Assembly (NCBI GenBank): GCA_017406565.1
Contig: JAFQYG010000003.1
Span: 65,431-129,430 of the forward strand
Origin: Candidatus Saccharimonadota bacterium
GTDB taxonomy: Bacteria > Patescibacteriota > Saccharimonadia > Saccharimonadales > Saccharimonadaceae
Length of the DNA: 64,000 nt
Reading direction: 5' to 3'
Numbering within the stretch: position 1 is the first letter of the stretch; each line of letters starts with the position of its first letter. Positions 18,914-29,053 of the stretch are shown here, piece after piece. Position numbers and translations under genes: made by a program. Under the pieces are notes generated by a model. It was given only the letters and a program-made list of their open reading frames with translations, was not told the origin of the DNA and searched no databases.

Positions 18914-20200
18914 ATGGATAATTTTACGATTTCAAACATTAAAGCAAGGCAAGTATTGGATTCTCGAGGTAATCCTACTGTTGAAGCCGAAGTTTATTTA
19001 CAAAATGGCGTTTTTGGACGTGCTATCGTTCCGTCTGGAGCCTCAACAGGAGTTGGTGAAGCTCTTGAATTACGAGATGGCGACAAAAGCCGCTACAACG
19101 GTAAAGGCACTTTGAAGGCCGTTTGGAATATTAATTCTAAAATTCGCGATATACTAGTTGACAATTCTGCCGACCAACATACAGTCGATCAAATGATGTT
19201 AGAACTTGATGGCACCGACAATAAATCTAATCTTGGTGCTAACGCTATACTCGCTGTTTCTTTGGCTAATGCCAAGGCCAATGCAGAAGCTCGTAAAATT
19301 CCGTTCTATAAATACGTAGCAGAACTAGCTGGTACCACTGACCAAATGTCTATTCCGATGCCGATGATGAATGTTATGAATGGCGGTGCACATGCTTCAT
19401 GGGGTACGGATTTTCAAGAATATATGATTATCCCTCGCTCAGCTGGCAATATTGCTGACGCAGTTAGAATTGGTGCTGAAATTTTCCATGCCTTAAAAGA
19501 TGTGCTAAAAGAACGAGATTATCCTACAACTGTTGGTGATGAAGGCGGCTATGCTCCTAAAGTACGAGAGGGTAATAATGAGCCACTTGATTGTATCAAA
19601 ACTGCAGTTGAAAAAGCTGGATACGATTTTGGCAAAGATATTGCTCTCGCTATGGATATCGCAGCCAGTGAGTTTTATGACAAAGACCATTACGTATTAA
19701 AAACCAACGGCGATTGGAAATCATCAGAGGACATGATCAATTGGTACGATTGGATTATTAATAACTATCCAGTTGTGTCAATTGAAGATGGACTAGCTGA
19801 AGATGATTGGGAAAATTGGAAAAAATTAACCGAACGTATGGGTTCTCGTATTCAATTAGTTGGTGATGATCTATTTGTCACTAATGTTAAGCTATTAGAA
19901 AAAGGCATCAAAGAAAAATGCGCTAATTCAATTTTAATTAAGCCGAACCAAATTGGTACTTTGAGCGAAACTATCGATGCTGTTTTGCTTGCTAAACGCT
20001 CAGGCTATACAACTATTATGTCTCATCGTTCTGGTGAAACCGAAGATGTATCTATCGCCCACTTAGCCGTTGGCTTGGGCACAGGACAAATCAAAACTGG
20101 TTCCCTTTCGCGTACTGATCGTGTTTCAAAATACAACGAACTCATTCGTATTGCTGATACAAATTCCCGCCTTGGGCTTACGGACCCATTTAAAAAATAA
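18914..20200 (+). CDS. eno: Enolase
   Basis: DSRGNPTVE, VPSGASTG, ILIKPNQIGTLSET, SHRSGETED motifs. Confidence 0.98.
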   Translation: MDNFTISNIKARQVLDSRGNPTVEAEVYLQNGVFGRAIVPSGASTGVGEALELRDGDKSRYNGKGTLKAVWNINSKIRDILVDNSADQHTVDQMMLELDGTDNKSNLGANAILAVSLANAKANAEARKIPFYKYVAELAGTTDQMSIPMPMMNVMNGGAHASWGTDFQEYMIIPRSAGNIADAVRIGAEIFHALKDVLKERDYPTTVGDEGGYAPKVREGNNEPLDCIKTAVEKAGYDFGKDIALAMDIAASEFYDKDHYVLKTNGDWKSSEDMINWYDWIINNYPVVSIEDGLAEDDWENWKKLTERMGSRIQLVGDDLFVTNVKLLEKGIKEKCANSILIKPNQIGTLSETIDAVLLAKRSGYTTIMSHRSGETEDVSIAHLAVGLGTGQIKTGSLSRTDRVSKYNELIRIADTNSRLGLTDPFKK

Positions 20201-20220
20201 AAATCTGCTAATAACAAATA

Positions 20221-20928
20221 CTAATTATCGCGTGCAAGTGCTGAGGCTTCCTTAAACCCATCATAGAAGTTCTCAGAGATTTTTGGGTGGCCAATTCTAT
20301 TGGCGGCTTCTACCACTTTATTAATGTCATCAGTAATCTCAAAAATTCTAGAATCATCTACATTAATTAATTGAAGTTCTACCATTTTATTAATAGCTCC
20401 TTCAAAAGCCTCCCAATAATCAGTGCCAACAAGGAAAACCGGCATTTTTGGCATTTTGTTTTCCTGCATTAAACACAAAACTTCAGAAACTTCATCCATA
20501 GTGCCAAAACCACCTGGGAAAAATACGAAAACTTTTGCAGCCATAGCTAGCGAAACTTTTCGAGCGAAGAAATATTCAAATGTTAAACATTCTGTAAGGT
20601 ATGGATTAGGATTTTGCTCGTGTTGAAGTGTGATATTGAGCCCTACGACACGCCCACCTATTTCATAAGCCCCATGCGATGCTGCTTCCATAATCCCAGG
20701 CCCACCACCAGTAATTACTGCATGACCATTTTCTGCCAACAAATGACCTAAATCAAATGCCATTTTACAATACTTTGAATCCTGCGATAAACGTGCTGAG
20801 CCAAAAATTGTTACCCCTTGTGGAAATGAGCGTACAATCTGCAACCCACGCGTCAAATCTTTCGCGTATGCATTAGCTCGCTCCAAATCCTCAATAGTCA
20901 TTTTTTTGATTAGTTCATCTTGTAACAT
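20221..20928 (-). CDS. LOG family (TIGR00730) Rossmann-fold protein
   Basis: TIFGSAR, ITGGGPGIMEAA, FPGGFGTMDE motifs. Confidence 0.92.
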   Translation of the reverse strand: MLQDELIKKMTIEDLERANAYAKDLTRGLQIVRSFPQGVTIFGSARLSQDSKYCKMAFDLGHLLAENGHAVITGGGPGIMEAASHGAYEIGGRVVGLNITLQHEQNPNPYLTECLTFEYFFARKVSLAMAAKVFVFFPGGFGTMDEVSEVLCLMQENKMPKMPVFLVGTDYWEAFEGAINKMVELQLINVDDSRIFEITDDINKVVEAANRIGHPKISENFYDGFKEASALARDN

Positions 20929-20937
20929 GTTCCTCCT

Positions 20938-21900
20938 TTACAGTTTTTGAATTGGCATCGGATGTAGACTTTCGCGTCCAGTCAACAGTCCCTTGTTCGC
21001 GCCCAATTTTGAAACTACCGCAGTCGAATTAGCAGAAGCGAATATTAGAGAATTTCTGAAAGATCGTCCAGCAGCTAGGTGAGCTAAGAATCCAGATCCA
21101 AAAGCATCTCCAGCTCCAGTCGTATCTTTCACCTTGGTATCTTCATATACTCCGAAACGATACGCCTCTTTACCACTCTTAGTAATACCACCCATCTGCC
21201 CATCAGTGATAATTACAGTTTCTACATAGCCTTCAAGATGATAAAGCAATTCTGCTAATGTCATTCCAGGCACTAATTGCGATGCTTCTGTCTTATTCAC
21301 ATTGAGGATGTCTACATATCTAAACAATCTTAATAATTCTTCAGGGTGCTCTAGTTCCTTAACGCCTGGGTTAAACATGATTTTGGTATCTATCTTTTTT
21401 GCATACTTAAAGAAACGCTCCAACGTATCCAAATCTCCACGCAGCGTTGTTACATACAGCCAATCCGGTTGAATTAAATCTAAATCCTTTTCGGAAAAAT
21501 TACCAAATTGTTCCGATGCGCCACGGCAAGTCATAATCGTACGTTCCCCGCTCTTACTGTCAAGTAGTACTATTGAAGTGCCAGTGTTGCGTCGTTCAAG
21601 AAAATTAACATAACTACTATCAATCCCTTCTCGATCTAACACTCGAATAATTGCCGCACCAGCTGAGTCTCGTGATACGTTACCCATAAAAATTGCTTCA
21701 TGACCATGCCTTGCAAAGCAAATTGAAGAATTAATTCCGCCGCCACCAACTTCATACGAAATATGATCAATATCAACTTTTGAACCAACCGATACTTTAC
21801 CGAAAATTGCCGTATCGCCAATTGCAGTAGCGACTAAATCATCGTGATCGATTAAATAAATATCTTGCAATGCGCTACCGAGCGAGACGATACGTGCCAT
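20938..21900 (-). CDS. PfkB family carbohydrate kinase
   Basis: GGGGINS, DTTGAGDAFGSG motifs. Confidence 0.92.
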   Translation of the reverse strand: MARIVSLGSALQDIYLIDHDDLVATAIGDTAIFGKVSVGSKVDIDHISYEVGGGGINSSICFARHGHEAIFMGNVSRDSAGAAIIRVLDREGIDSSYVNFLERRNTGTSIVLLDSKSGERTIMTCRGASEQFGNFSEKDLDLIQPDWLYVTTLRGDLDTLERFFKYAKKIDTKIMFNPGVKELEHPEELLRLFRYVDILNVNKTEASQLVPGMTLAELLYHLEGYVETVIITDGQMGGITKSGKEAYRFGVYEDTKVKDTTGAGDAFGSGFLAHLAAGRSFRNSLIFASANSTAVVSKLGANKGLLTGRESLHPMPIQKL

Positions 21901-22556
21901 TATAATACTACTCCATTCTTATCAATTTCTGCTACTAGTTCTTCAAAAACTTGAGCTGGATTTTCAGCCTTTGAGATGGCAGAACCTACGTTAATCACAT
22001 CTAAATCTGCATGTGCAAGCGCACGAATATTCGACATATTTGCTCCACCGTCCCAACCAATTTCAACTTCTGGCTTCATATTTCGAATCAGTGGGATTTT
22101 TTCCATCTGCATTAAATCAGCTGGAGAACCTTGCACACCTAGTTGACCAGCAAAAATCAAAACATGATCGGCTGCGTCGATATATTGTTTTACATTTCCA
22201 GGGAAAGTTGATTGAAGCAAGGCCACACCAGTTTTGATACCAGCATTCTTCAGCACTTCAAAAATCGGCAATAAGTTCTCACTCGCTTCGGCATGAAGGA
22301 TACAAAGCGATGGACTGAGCTTCAAAATAGTGTCAAGCGACTCTGATGGCTTAGCTGCCATAAAGTGTAAATCAGCATCCCAGTTTTTCGGCCACCAAAT
22401 ATTTGTCATATCAAGTGTAGGGGTTTGTGCAAAGATGCCATCAGTCACATCAATTTGCACGCGTCTGGTAAAAATATTAATTCGCTCAGCTTGTGCGCGA
22501 TAATCTTGCTTATCATCAGTCAAGATTGACGGTACAATCGAAACGGTTCTAATCAT
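21900..22556 (-). CDS. rpe: Ribulose-phosphate 3-epimerase (divergent)
   Basis: IVPSIL, QIDVTDG, DLHFM, G.QG, WDGG motifs; next to rpiB. Confidence 0.85.
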   Translation of the reverse strand: MIRTVSIVPSILTDDKQDYRAQAERINIFTRRVQIDVTDGIFAQTPTLDMTNIWWPKNWDADLHFMAAKPSESLDTILKLSPSLCILHAEASENLLPIFEVLKNAGIKTGVALLQSTFPGNVKQYIDAADHVLIFAGQLGVQGSPADLMQMEKIPLIRNMKPEVEIGWDGGANMSNIRALAHADLDVINVGSAISKAENPAQVFEELVAEIDKNGVVL

Positions 22557-22998
22557 AATCTTCCCTTTCGTCTAAACGATTAATGCGCCTGACTCGGCGT
22601 TCTATATTCTCAAAATTAGTATTGATAAATACATCTACTAACTCGCGCATTTTTTCAAAATCTGTAAAATGAGCCGAAAGACAAATCACATTAGCGTCAT
22701 CGTGTTCGCGTGCCATTTTTGCAGACTCAACACTTTCACAATGCGCTGCACGAATTCCTTTAAAGCGATTTGCTTGAATTGTTACACCGTGAGCTGAACC
22801 ACAAATTAGGATACCAAATGAACCACGGTCTTCACGAACTTCTTTTGCTACTGCCACAGCAGGATCATTAAAGTCATCGCCCTCATGGTATTCAAAAGCC
22901 CCAACGTCCTCAACCGAATAGCCACTATCAGATAAATACTTTTCTAAAGCTTCTTTTTTTTCAAATCCGCGATAATCCGCGCCCAGATAGATTTTCAT
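22549..22998 (-). CDS. rpiB: Ribose-5-phosphate isomerase B
   Basis: LGADYRG, GILICGS, ANRFKGIRAA, AREHDDANV motifs. Confidence 0.92.
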   Translation of the reverse strand: MKIYLGADYRGFEKKEALEKYLSDSGYSVEDVGAFEYHEGDDFNDPAVAVAKEVREDRGSFGILICGSAHGVTIQANRFKGIRAAHCESVESAKMAREHDDANVICLSAHFTDFEKMRELVDVFINTNFENIERRVRRINRLDEREDYD

Positions 22999-24002
22999 TA
23001 TTGACCTTTCCCGAAATCAACAGCTAACTCAGCCAAACGATTGGAATAGCCCCACTCGTTATCATACCAAGCTACTATTTTAATCATATTACCACCTACT
23101 ACATCAATCAAAGGCAAATCTACGATACAAGAATGCGGATCACCGATGAAATCAGTCGAAACTAATTCTTCTTCAGTGACACCGATAATTCCTTCGTAGT
23201 ACGGTTCCTTAGCTACTTTTTTGAATAAGCTGACTAGCTCTTCTTTAGTGGTATCGCGATTGATAATTGCCGTAATGTCTGAAAGTGAAACCACTGGTGT
23301 TGGTACACGTATTGAAAGACCGTTAAATTTCCCCTCCAAACTAGGAATCGTTTTAGCGGCAGCTTTTGAAGCACCGGTCGTAGTTGGCACAATGTTTTCT
23401 GCAGCTGAACGTGCTTCACGCAGATCTTTAGCTGGTGCATCAAGTATTCTTTGTGAACCAGTATATGAATGTACAGTAGTCATCATAGCTTTTTCAATGC
23501 CAAATTCATCTTCAAGTACCTTCATAATTGGCGCAATACAGTTAGTAGTACAAGATGCATTAGACAAAATTTCATCTTTTTCGTCGACTACGTCTTCATT
23601 AACTCCGATAACAACAGTTTTCGCTCCTTCACCTTTAGCTGGGGCTGAAATAACTACCTTTTTTGCTCCAGCTTTGATGTGTGCTCTGGCGTCTTCTGGA
23701 TTAGTGAAGAAGCCAGTTGATTCAATTACAACATCAACTCCAAGTTTGCCCCAAGGTAGATTCGCTGGGTCTTTTTCTGCAAATACTGGTATTTCCCGTG
23801 TATTAATAATAATTGAGTTATCGGTTGCGGAAACTTTTTTATCATATGCTCCGTAGGAGGAATCATGCTTTAGAAGATGTGCCAAAGTATTAGCATCCGT
23901 AATATCATTAATACCGACTACCTGTACGTCGTGTCGGTCAAGTAATATTTTGAGCACATTACGACCAATTCTACCAAAGCCGTTGATTGCTACTTTAATC
24001 AT
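22998..24002 (-). CDS. gap: Glyceraldehyde-3-phosphate dehydrogenase (type I)
   Basis: INGFGRIGR, SNASCTTNC, AWYDNEWGY motifs. Confidence 0.98.
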   Translation of the reverse strand: MIKVAINGFGRIGRNVLKILLDRHDVQVVGINDITDANTLAHLLKHDSSYGAYDKKVSATDNSIIINTREIPVFAEKDPANLPWGKLGVDVVIESTGFFTNPEDARAHIKAGAKKVVISAPAKGEGAKTVVIGVNEDVVDEKDEILSNASCTTNCIAPIMKVLEDEFGIEKAMMTTVHSYTGSQRILDAPAKDLREARSAAENIVPTTTGASKAAAKTIPSLEGKFNGLSIRVPTPVVSLSDITAIINRDTTKEELVSLFKKVAKEPYYEGIIGVTEEELVSTDFIGDPHSCIVDLPLIDVVGGNMIKIVAWYDNEWGYSNRLAELAVDFGKGQ

Positions 24003-24017
24003 TTTTACCTCCTAAAA

Positions 24018-24051
24018 AATCTACTTATGCTAATTATAGCATAAGTAGATT
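24018..24051. terminator. 15-bp stem hairpin after rpsG, overlapping the -10 of the gap operon
   Basis: AATCTACTTATGCTA-ATTA-TAGCATAAGTAGATT; minus-strand TGCTATAAT at 24033-24041. Confidence 0.7.
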
Positions 24052-24069
24052 AAAAAATGTAGATACATT

Positions 24070-24546
24070 TTAGCGTGCAAAATGTGCAAATGCACGGTTG
24101 GCTTCGGCCATACGGTGACAATCCTCTTTCTTCTTGAAGGCTGCACCAGTTTCGTTGTAAGCATCAACAATTTCAGCTTCTAGACGCTTTGCATAAGGCA
24201 TACCTTTGCGTGCACGAGCTGATTGTACTAGCCATGAAAAAGCAAAATGAAGTTGTCGATGACCAGAAATTGGGAATGGAATCTGGTAGTTAGCACCACC
24301 AACACGGCGAGATTTAACTTCGAAATCTGGCGAAACGTTGGCGATAGCTTTTTCTAGTACCTCAACAGGATTCTCTGATTTCAATTTCTTAGCAGCACCT
24401 TCAATCGCTGAATATACAGCACGTTCTGCGACTTGGCGTTTGCCATTTAGCATAGACTTATTGATAAGTCTTTGTACTAAAATTGATTGGTATCTACGAT
24501 CTGGGTTAACTTTGCGAACCAAAGATTTAGTAGTCTTACGTGGCAT
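24070..24546 (-). CDS. rpsG: 30S ribosomal protein S7
   Basis: KSRRVGGANYQIP, HRMAEANRAFAHF motifs. Confidence 0.97.
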   Translation of the reverse strand: MPRKTTKSLVRKVNPDRRYQSILVQRLINKSMLNGKRQVAERAVYSAIEGAAKKLKSENPVEVLEKAIANVSPDFEVKSRRVGGANYQIPFPISGHRQLHFAFSWLVQSARARKGMPYAKRLEAEIVDAYNETGAAFKKKEDCHRMAEANRAFAHFAR

Positions 24547-24548
24547 AA

Positions 24549-24962
24549 TTACTTACCCTCCTTTTTGGCGCCGTATTTTGAACGGCCTTGCTTACGACCT
24601 TGTACACCTTGAAGATCAAGTGTACCACGGACAACATGGTAGCGTACACCAGGAAGATCAGGCACACGACCACCGCGTACTAATACCACTGCGTGCTCCT
24701 GCAAATTGTGGCCTTCACCACCAATATAAGCCCAAACTTCTTGACCATTAGTAAGACGCACACGAGCAACTTTACGCATAGCGGAGTTAGGCTTTTTTGG
24801 AGTTTTGGTAGTAACCTTAATACAAACACCACGCTTCAAAGGAGCTGGTCTGTCATAGCGCTTGGTTTTTAACGTATTTACAATTGAACCAAGAGCTGGA
24901 GATTTTGATTTCTTCGCAGCCTTTTTTCTGGGCTTGCGAATCAACTGATTAATAGTTGGCAT
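24549..24962 (-). CDS. rpsL: 30S ribosomal protein S12
   Basis: [27 protein letters not shown] motifs. Confidence 0.98.
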   Translation of the reverse strand: MPTINQLIRKPRKKAAKKSKSPALGSIVNTLKTKRYDRPAPLKRGVCIKVTTKTPKKPNSAMRKVARVRLTNGQEVWAYIGGEGHNLQEHAVVLVRGGRVPDLPGVRYHVVRGTLDLQGVQGRKQGRSKYGAKKEGK

Positions 24963-25073
24963 TAAAATTCCCTCTTAACTTTATTATTATATGGTGCCCA
25001 TTTGCTTACAGCAATAACAAACGAGCTGAAACTCTTACAATAATTATATCACACTTACCCTAAAATGTCTACA

Positions 25074-25106
25074 AAATAGCACTATATATTACATATAGTG
25101 CTATTT
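25074..25106 (-). terminator. Hairpin terminator after tig
   Basis: AAATAGCACTATAT-ATTAC-ATATAGTGCTATTT. Confidence 0.7.
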
Positions 25107-25123
25107 AATGTATTTATCGTAAA

Positions 25124-26401
25124 CTAGCTATTAACTTTCACTAGATAATCTAAAGTTGCCTCAATTATCATTCGATTTTTGATATCGATTTTGACATTTG
25201 GATCTTTGAGAGATTTCAAAGCTTCAGGCGACTTTTTATAAACATCCCTTAGTTCAGCTAATTTAGCAGCTACCAAATCATCTGAAACAGCAATCTTTTC
25301 CTTAACAGCTAAAGATTGAAGAACCAAAGAAGCTTTTACACGAGTTTCTGCAACTTTGCGAGCTTCTTTTTCCCAGCTTTCGACCGTCTCATGATTTGCT
25401 TCAAGAAATTCTTCAAAGCCCATACCTTGTGAAGCAGCATTTCTAGAAATATCATCCCGTATCATCTTCATTTGATCATCAATTAAGATTTCTGGTGCTG
25501 ATACTTTTGATTTTTTAACCAACGCGTTGATTAAATCATCTTTAAACTTTTCGTTTTGTTTATGCTCATTTTGTGCGGCTAAATTCTTTTTGATGTCTGC
25601 TTTTAGTTCGTCCAAATTCTTAAACGGACCACATTTTTTGGCTAACTCATCATCAATCTTTGCTTTTTTGACTTCATTGACTTGTTTTAGCAGAACTTCA
25701 AAGACAGTTTTAGCTCCAGCTAAATCACTTACACCATAATCTTTAGGGAAAGTGAGTTTCAGATCAAACTTGTCACCTGACTCGTGTCCTACGATTCCAT
25801 CTTCGAAACCAGGAATAAAAGTGTTGGAGCCAAGTACTAGCTTGTAATCTTTTGCCGAACCACCGTTAAAAGCTTCTCCATCTTTTTTACCAACGAAATC
25901 GATAATTACCTCGTCGCCTAATTCAGCAGCTTTTTTAGCGACTTTCTTTTCAGCAAATGAAGAAGAAATGTTTTCCAATACTTCCTTGACTTCCTTGTCG
26001 GTAACCTTAGATTCAGGTTTTTTGACACCGAGTTTTTTGTAGTCGCCTAATTTTACTTCTGGAATAATGTCAGCCGTTGCAGTGTATTCAAGCGTTTCGT
26101 CTGGTACATATTTTGTTACGTTTACGCTTGGAAGTACCAAAGGTGATTTTTCAACTTCTTTGAATGCATCAATCACTGTAGTGCGCACTGCGATATCAGC
26201 AGTTTCAGCATTTAAATCATTTTCTGGGATAAATTTCATTGCGACTTCAGCTGGCACCTTGCCCTTGCGGAAGCCTTCTACTTTTAATTCTTTTGCAAGC
26301 TTCGCGACTGCTTTTTCTTTGGCTGGCTTTAAATCTTTGGCATCCAAAGTCACAGTAAGCTCAATCCTCGAATCAGAAAGTTTTTTTGCTTTTGCTTTCA
26401 T
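25124..26401 (-). CDS. tig: Trigger factor
   Basis: GFRKGKVP signature, FKBP domain (IDFVGKKDGEAF...FIPGFEDG). Confidence 0.96.
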   Translation of the reverse strand: MKAKAKKLSDSRIELTVTLDAKDLKPAKEKAVAKLAKELKVEGFRKGKVPAEVAMKFIPENDLNAETADIAVRTTVIDAFKEVEKSPLVLPSVNVTKYVPDETLEYTATADIIPEVKLGDYKKLGVKKPESKVTDKEVKEVLENISSSFAEKKVAKKAAELGDEVIIDFVGKKDGEAFNGGSAKDYKLVLGSNTFIPGFEDGIVGHESGDKFDLKLTFPKDYGVSDLAGAKTVFEVLLKQVNEVKKAKIDDELAKKCGPFKNLDELKADIKKNLAAQNEHKQNEKFKDDLINALVKKSKVSAPEILIDDQMKMIRDDISRNAASQGMGFEEFLEANHETVESWEKEARKVAETRVKASLVLQSLAVKEKIAVSDDLVAAKLAELRDVYKKSPEALKSLKDPNVKIDIKNRMIIEATLDYLVKVNS

Positions 26402-26473
26402 ATTAACTCCTATAAATTATTCATATTATATCATAAAACTAGCTAAAATGTTAGCACAACTACTACGAAACTA

Positions 26474-28060
26474 TTACACTATCACACTGGTTCTATTTTC
26501 AGAACGAAAATGTGTCAACGTAAATTTGGAGCTTGTCCCGAGCTTAATGTCTGGGCTTAAGATATCATTACTATCAAAAATTTCTTTAAGTTTTGTATAC
26601 ATTTTTTTCTCTGGTTCAAGCATTTCAGTATTTGTAACTACGGCTTTTAATCTGCCCTCTGGTGTTCCACCAGCTAATTTGCCGCCTTGGCGATTGATGA
26701 TGAACGCCCCAGCTCTTAAGAACATAGTCGCTCTTTTATTAAACTCTTTATCTTCTAAATTGAACTTCGGTCTCAAATTATAGATTGATGAGCCAATTGA
26801 ACCGTATAGTTCTACTTTCAAATTCAGTTTTTTCTCTAAGATTGTTAAATCTTGCAAGAAGTTGGCGATGTTTTCGTTTGGTAGATAAAAATTCGTTAAA
26901 ATCGGCACACGCTCGCCGTTTTTTACATATCCAAGATAATTTTCAAGCGCATTTTCAAATTCATTTAATGTTGGGCGGTCGTTGACTGATTCGTAAATAA
27001 ATCTAGCTGAATGAGAAAATTTATCACGCATAGCTTTAATTCTTTTAATACAGGTCGCAGGACGATCGTCAAAATTTGCAAATACCACAAAACCATCTTC
27101 AAGCTTTTTAATCACTCCATCAAGATTTTTACCAGACTCGCGCGCTTCCATAATAATCTTCAAATCGAACAAATCCAACCTACGCGGTTTGAGCGGTTCG
27201 ATTGCTTTAGCATAATTTAGCGCATCTTCGACTTCTTTAAAGGTAGCAACTACGCGTTCCGGACGCTTTTTGATTGGTACAGCGCGCAATATTACTTCTG
27301 AAATAATACCAAGCGTTCCCTCTGCTCCAAAGAACAATGGCATCAAATCCATTGTTTCGCGTCGTGGTGCTTGAGCCAACATTGGGTAGCCAGATTGATC
27401 CTTATTGTTTTTACTTAGTTTATCAATTAAGTCGGCATTTTCTTTGACTAATTTCACTGTCTTTCGATAAATTTCACCTTCCGTAGTTTTTTCGGCTGCC
27501 CGTTTAGCCAAGGCATATTTTTTGAGACGTTCGGTTTGCAAACATTCACCGTTCGTGAGTACTATTTCTATTCTTTCAACGTAGGCGTATAATCCGCCGT
27601 ATTTTTTCGAACATTGACCTTTGAAGTTCTCTGAAATCAAACCACCGATAGTCCTCTCGTTGCAACCATCAATTGGGATAGTCAGCCCAGAAACAGACAG
27701 CGCAGTATTGAGCTCATGAAGGGTAATTCCAGATTGTACGCGTACTAATCTCTCGCGCGAATCAATTTCGAGTAGATGATTTAGTTTTTCAGTAGATATT
27801 ACTACACCGTTGGTTAGAGCAGCGCCACCCTCGCCTAATCCAGTACCACGCGCGGTCACAGCGACTTTGATATCCTTAGAGGCAAGTTGGTTGAAGAACT
27901 TCAATAGTTTTCTAATATCATCAGTAGATTCTGGAAAAGCTACGAATTTGGGTTTGACTCTTAGGGCTGATTGATCTACGGAGTATTTTTCAATAATTTC
28001 AGGAGAATCAAAAACGTTTCCGACCGTCAACTGATTTAAATATTTCGTAATTTTCCCCAT
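26474..28060 (-). CDS. FAD-binding oxidoreductase (GlcD/D-lactate dehydrogenase-like)
   Basis: P..VAFPEST, ARGTGLGEGG, GAEGTLGIISEV motifs. Confidence 0.8.
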   Translation of the reverse strand: MGKITKYLNQLTVGNVFDSPEIIEKYSVDQSALRVKPKFVAFPESTDDIRKLLKFFNQLASKDIKVAVTARGTGLGEGGAALTNGVVISTEKLNHLLEIDSRERLVRVQSGITLHELNTALSVSGLTIPIDGCNERTIGGLISENFKGQCSKKYGGLYAYVERIEIVLTNGECLQTERLKKYALAKRAAEKTTEGEIYRKTVKLVKENADLIDKLSKNNKDQSGYPMLAQAPRRETMDLMPLFFGAEGTLGIISEVILRAVPIKKRPERVVATFKEVEDALNYAKAIEPLKPRRLDLFDLKIIMEARESGKNLDGVIKKLEDGFVVFANFDDRPATCIKRIKAMRDKFSHSARFIYESVNDRPTLNEFENALENYLGYVKNGERVPILTNFYLPNENIANFLQDLTILEKKLNLKVELYGSIGSSIYNLRPKFNLEDKEFNKRATMFLRAGAFIINRQGGKLAGGTPEGRLKAVVTNTEMLEPEKKMYTKLKEIFDSNDILSPDIKLGTSSKFTLTHFRSENRTSVIV

Positions 28061-28086
28061 TACGCTTATGATTATAACACAAAAAT

Positions 28087-28320
28087 CTACTTTTTGTCAG
28101 GCTTAGTCTGATCGTTCTTTGGCTCTTCCTTCACTTCTTTAGGTTTCCTGAAAATCAAATCGACTTCTAGAGTTTTTCCACTCGGCCCAAATAATGTTGG
28201 GATAAAACCAACATATTCCATGCCCTTCTTTTCGACATACTCATTAATCACTTCGCGGTGCTCTCTGATATCGGAATTGATTAGCTTATTGTTAGCGTAC
28301 TTAAGTTTTACGAACTCCAT
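28087..28320 (-). CDS. Small hypothetical protein (DUF4177-like)
   Basis: SD AGGAGG before ATG 28320; YVGFIP...DLIF pattern. Confidence 0.6.
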   Translation of the reverse strand: MEFVKLKYANNKLINSDIREHREVINEYVEKKGMEYVGFIPTLFGPSGKTLEVDLIFRKPKEVKEEPKNDQTKPDKK

Positions 28321-28355
28321 CAAACCTCCTTTTCTTCATTATACACTAAATTAGG

Positions 28356-28604
28356 TTATTTCCTCAAAGAGTCTTTCTTAATGAGTTCGAATCGGTACTT
28401 TTGTTTTATATCGGGATACTTTTTTGTGTCCACTAATTCAAGAAACATTTTTTTAGGTCTCGCGTATAATTTACCTTCACCATAAAGCGCGCGATAAATT
28501 ACTAATTCTTCTCCGGTTTCAGAATGAATAGCTACATCTTCCACGATATATAAATCGCCTTTAAAGTGTCGATAAATTCCGTGAATCTTTAATCTATCTT
28601 CCAT
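28356..28604 (-). CDS. DUF1653 domain protein
   Basis: GIYRHFKG..Y....[18 protein letters not shown]...ARP..MF motif. Confidence 0.9.
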   Translation of the reverse strand: MEDRLKIHGIYRHFKGDLYIVEDVAIHSETGEELVIYRALYGEGKLYARPKKMFLELVDTKKYPDIKQKYRFELIKKDSLRK

Positions 28605-28948
28605 AGTTTTGCCGTATAGTCATATAGTCCTTGGATATGATTCTCTAAGAAATAATAATGCTTGACATAAAAAACGGTTAGAATTAATAATACTAAAGTT
28701 AAAGCATAAAGCGGCACTACGGCTGACTGAAAATCACACGTTGCCGTCACCCAAGTTGTGACGAATAAGAAAACAATCGTCATCAAAACAAAGAAAAACA
28801 TCACAATGAGATGAATCAACCTTTCATGTTGGAAACTTTCCATCATTTCAAAGTGATAACGCGCTAAGCGTTCTCGTTCACTTTCACTAAGTTTTTTGCT
28901 GGCAGCTTGTTTGATAAATTTTTCATAAGCCCGAATGCGTTTTTCCAT
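28589..28948 (-). CDS. Hypothetical two-TM protein
   Basis: [11 protein letters not shown]...HYYFLEN; start moved to MEKRI, 6 nt after TATAAT. Confidence 0.7.
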   Translation of the reverse strand: MEKRIRAYEKFIKQAASKKLSESERERLARYHFEMMESFQHERLIHLIVMFFFVLMTIVFLFVTTWVTATCDFQSAVVPLYALTLVLLILTVFYVKHYYFLENHIQGLYDYTAKLWKID

Positions 28949-29053
28949 ATTTTGATTATACCAAATCCAAAACAAATTATGCTAAAATCGTAATCCGCTA
29001 AATTTGGAAAAGACTCTGTAAAGGATGGTTGCTAGGAATGAAGAATGCTATGA

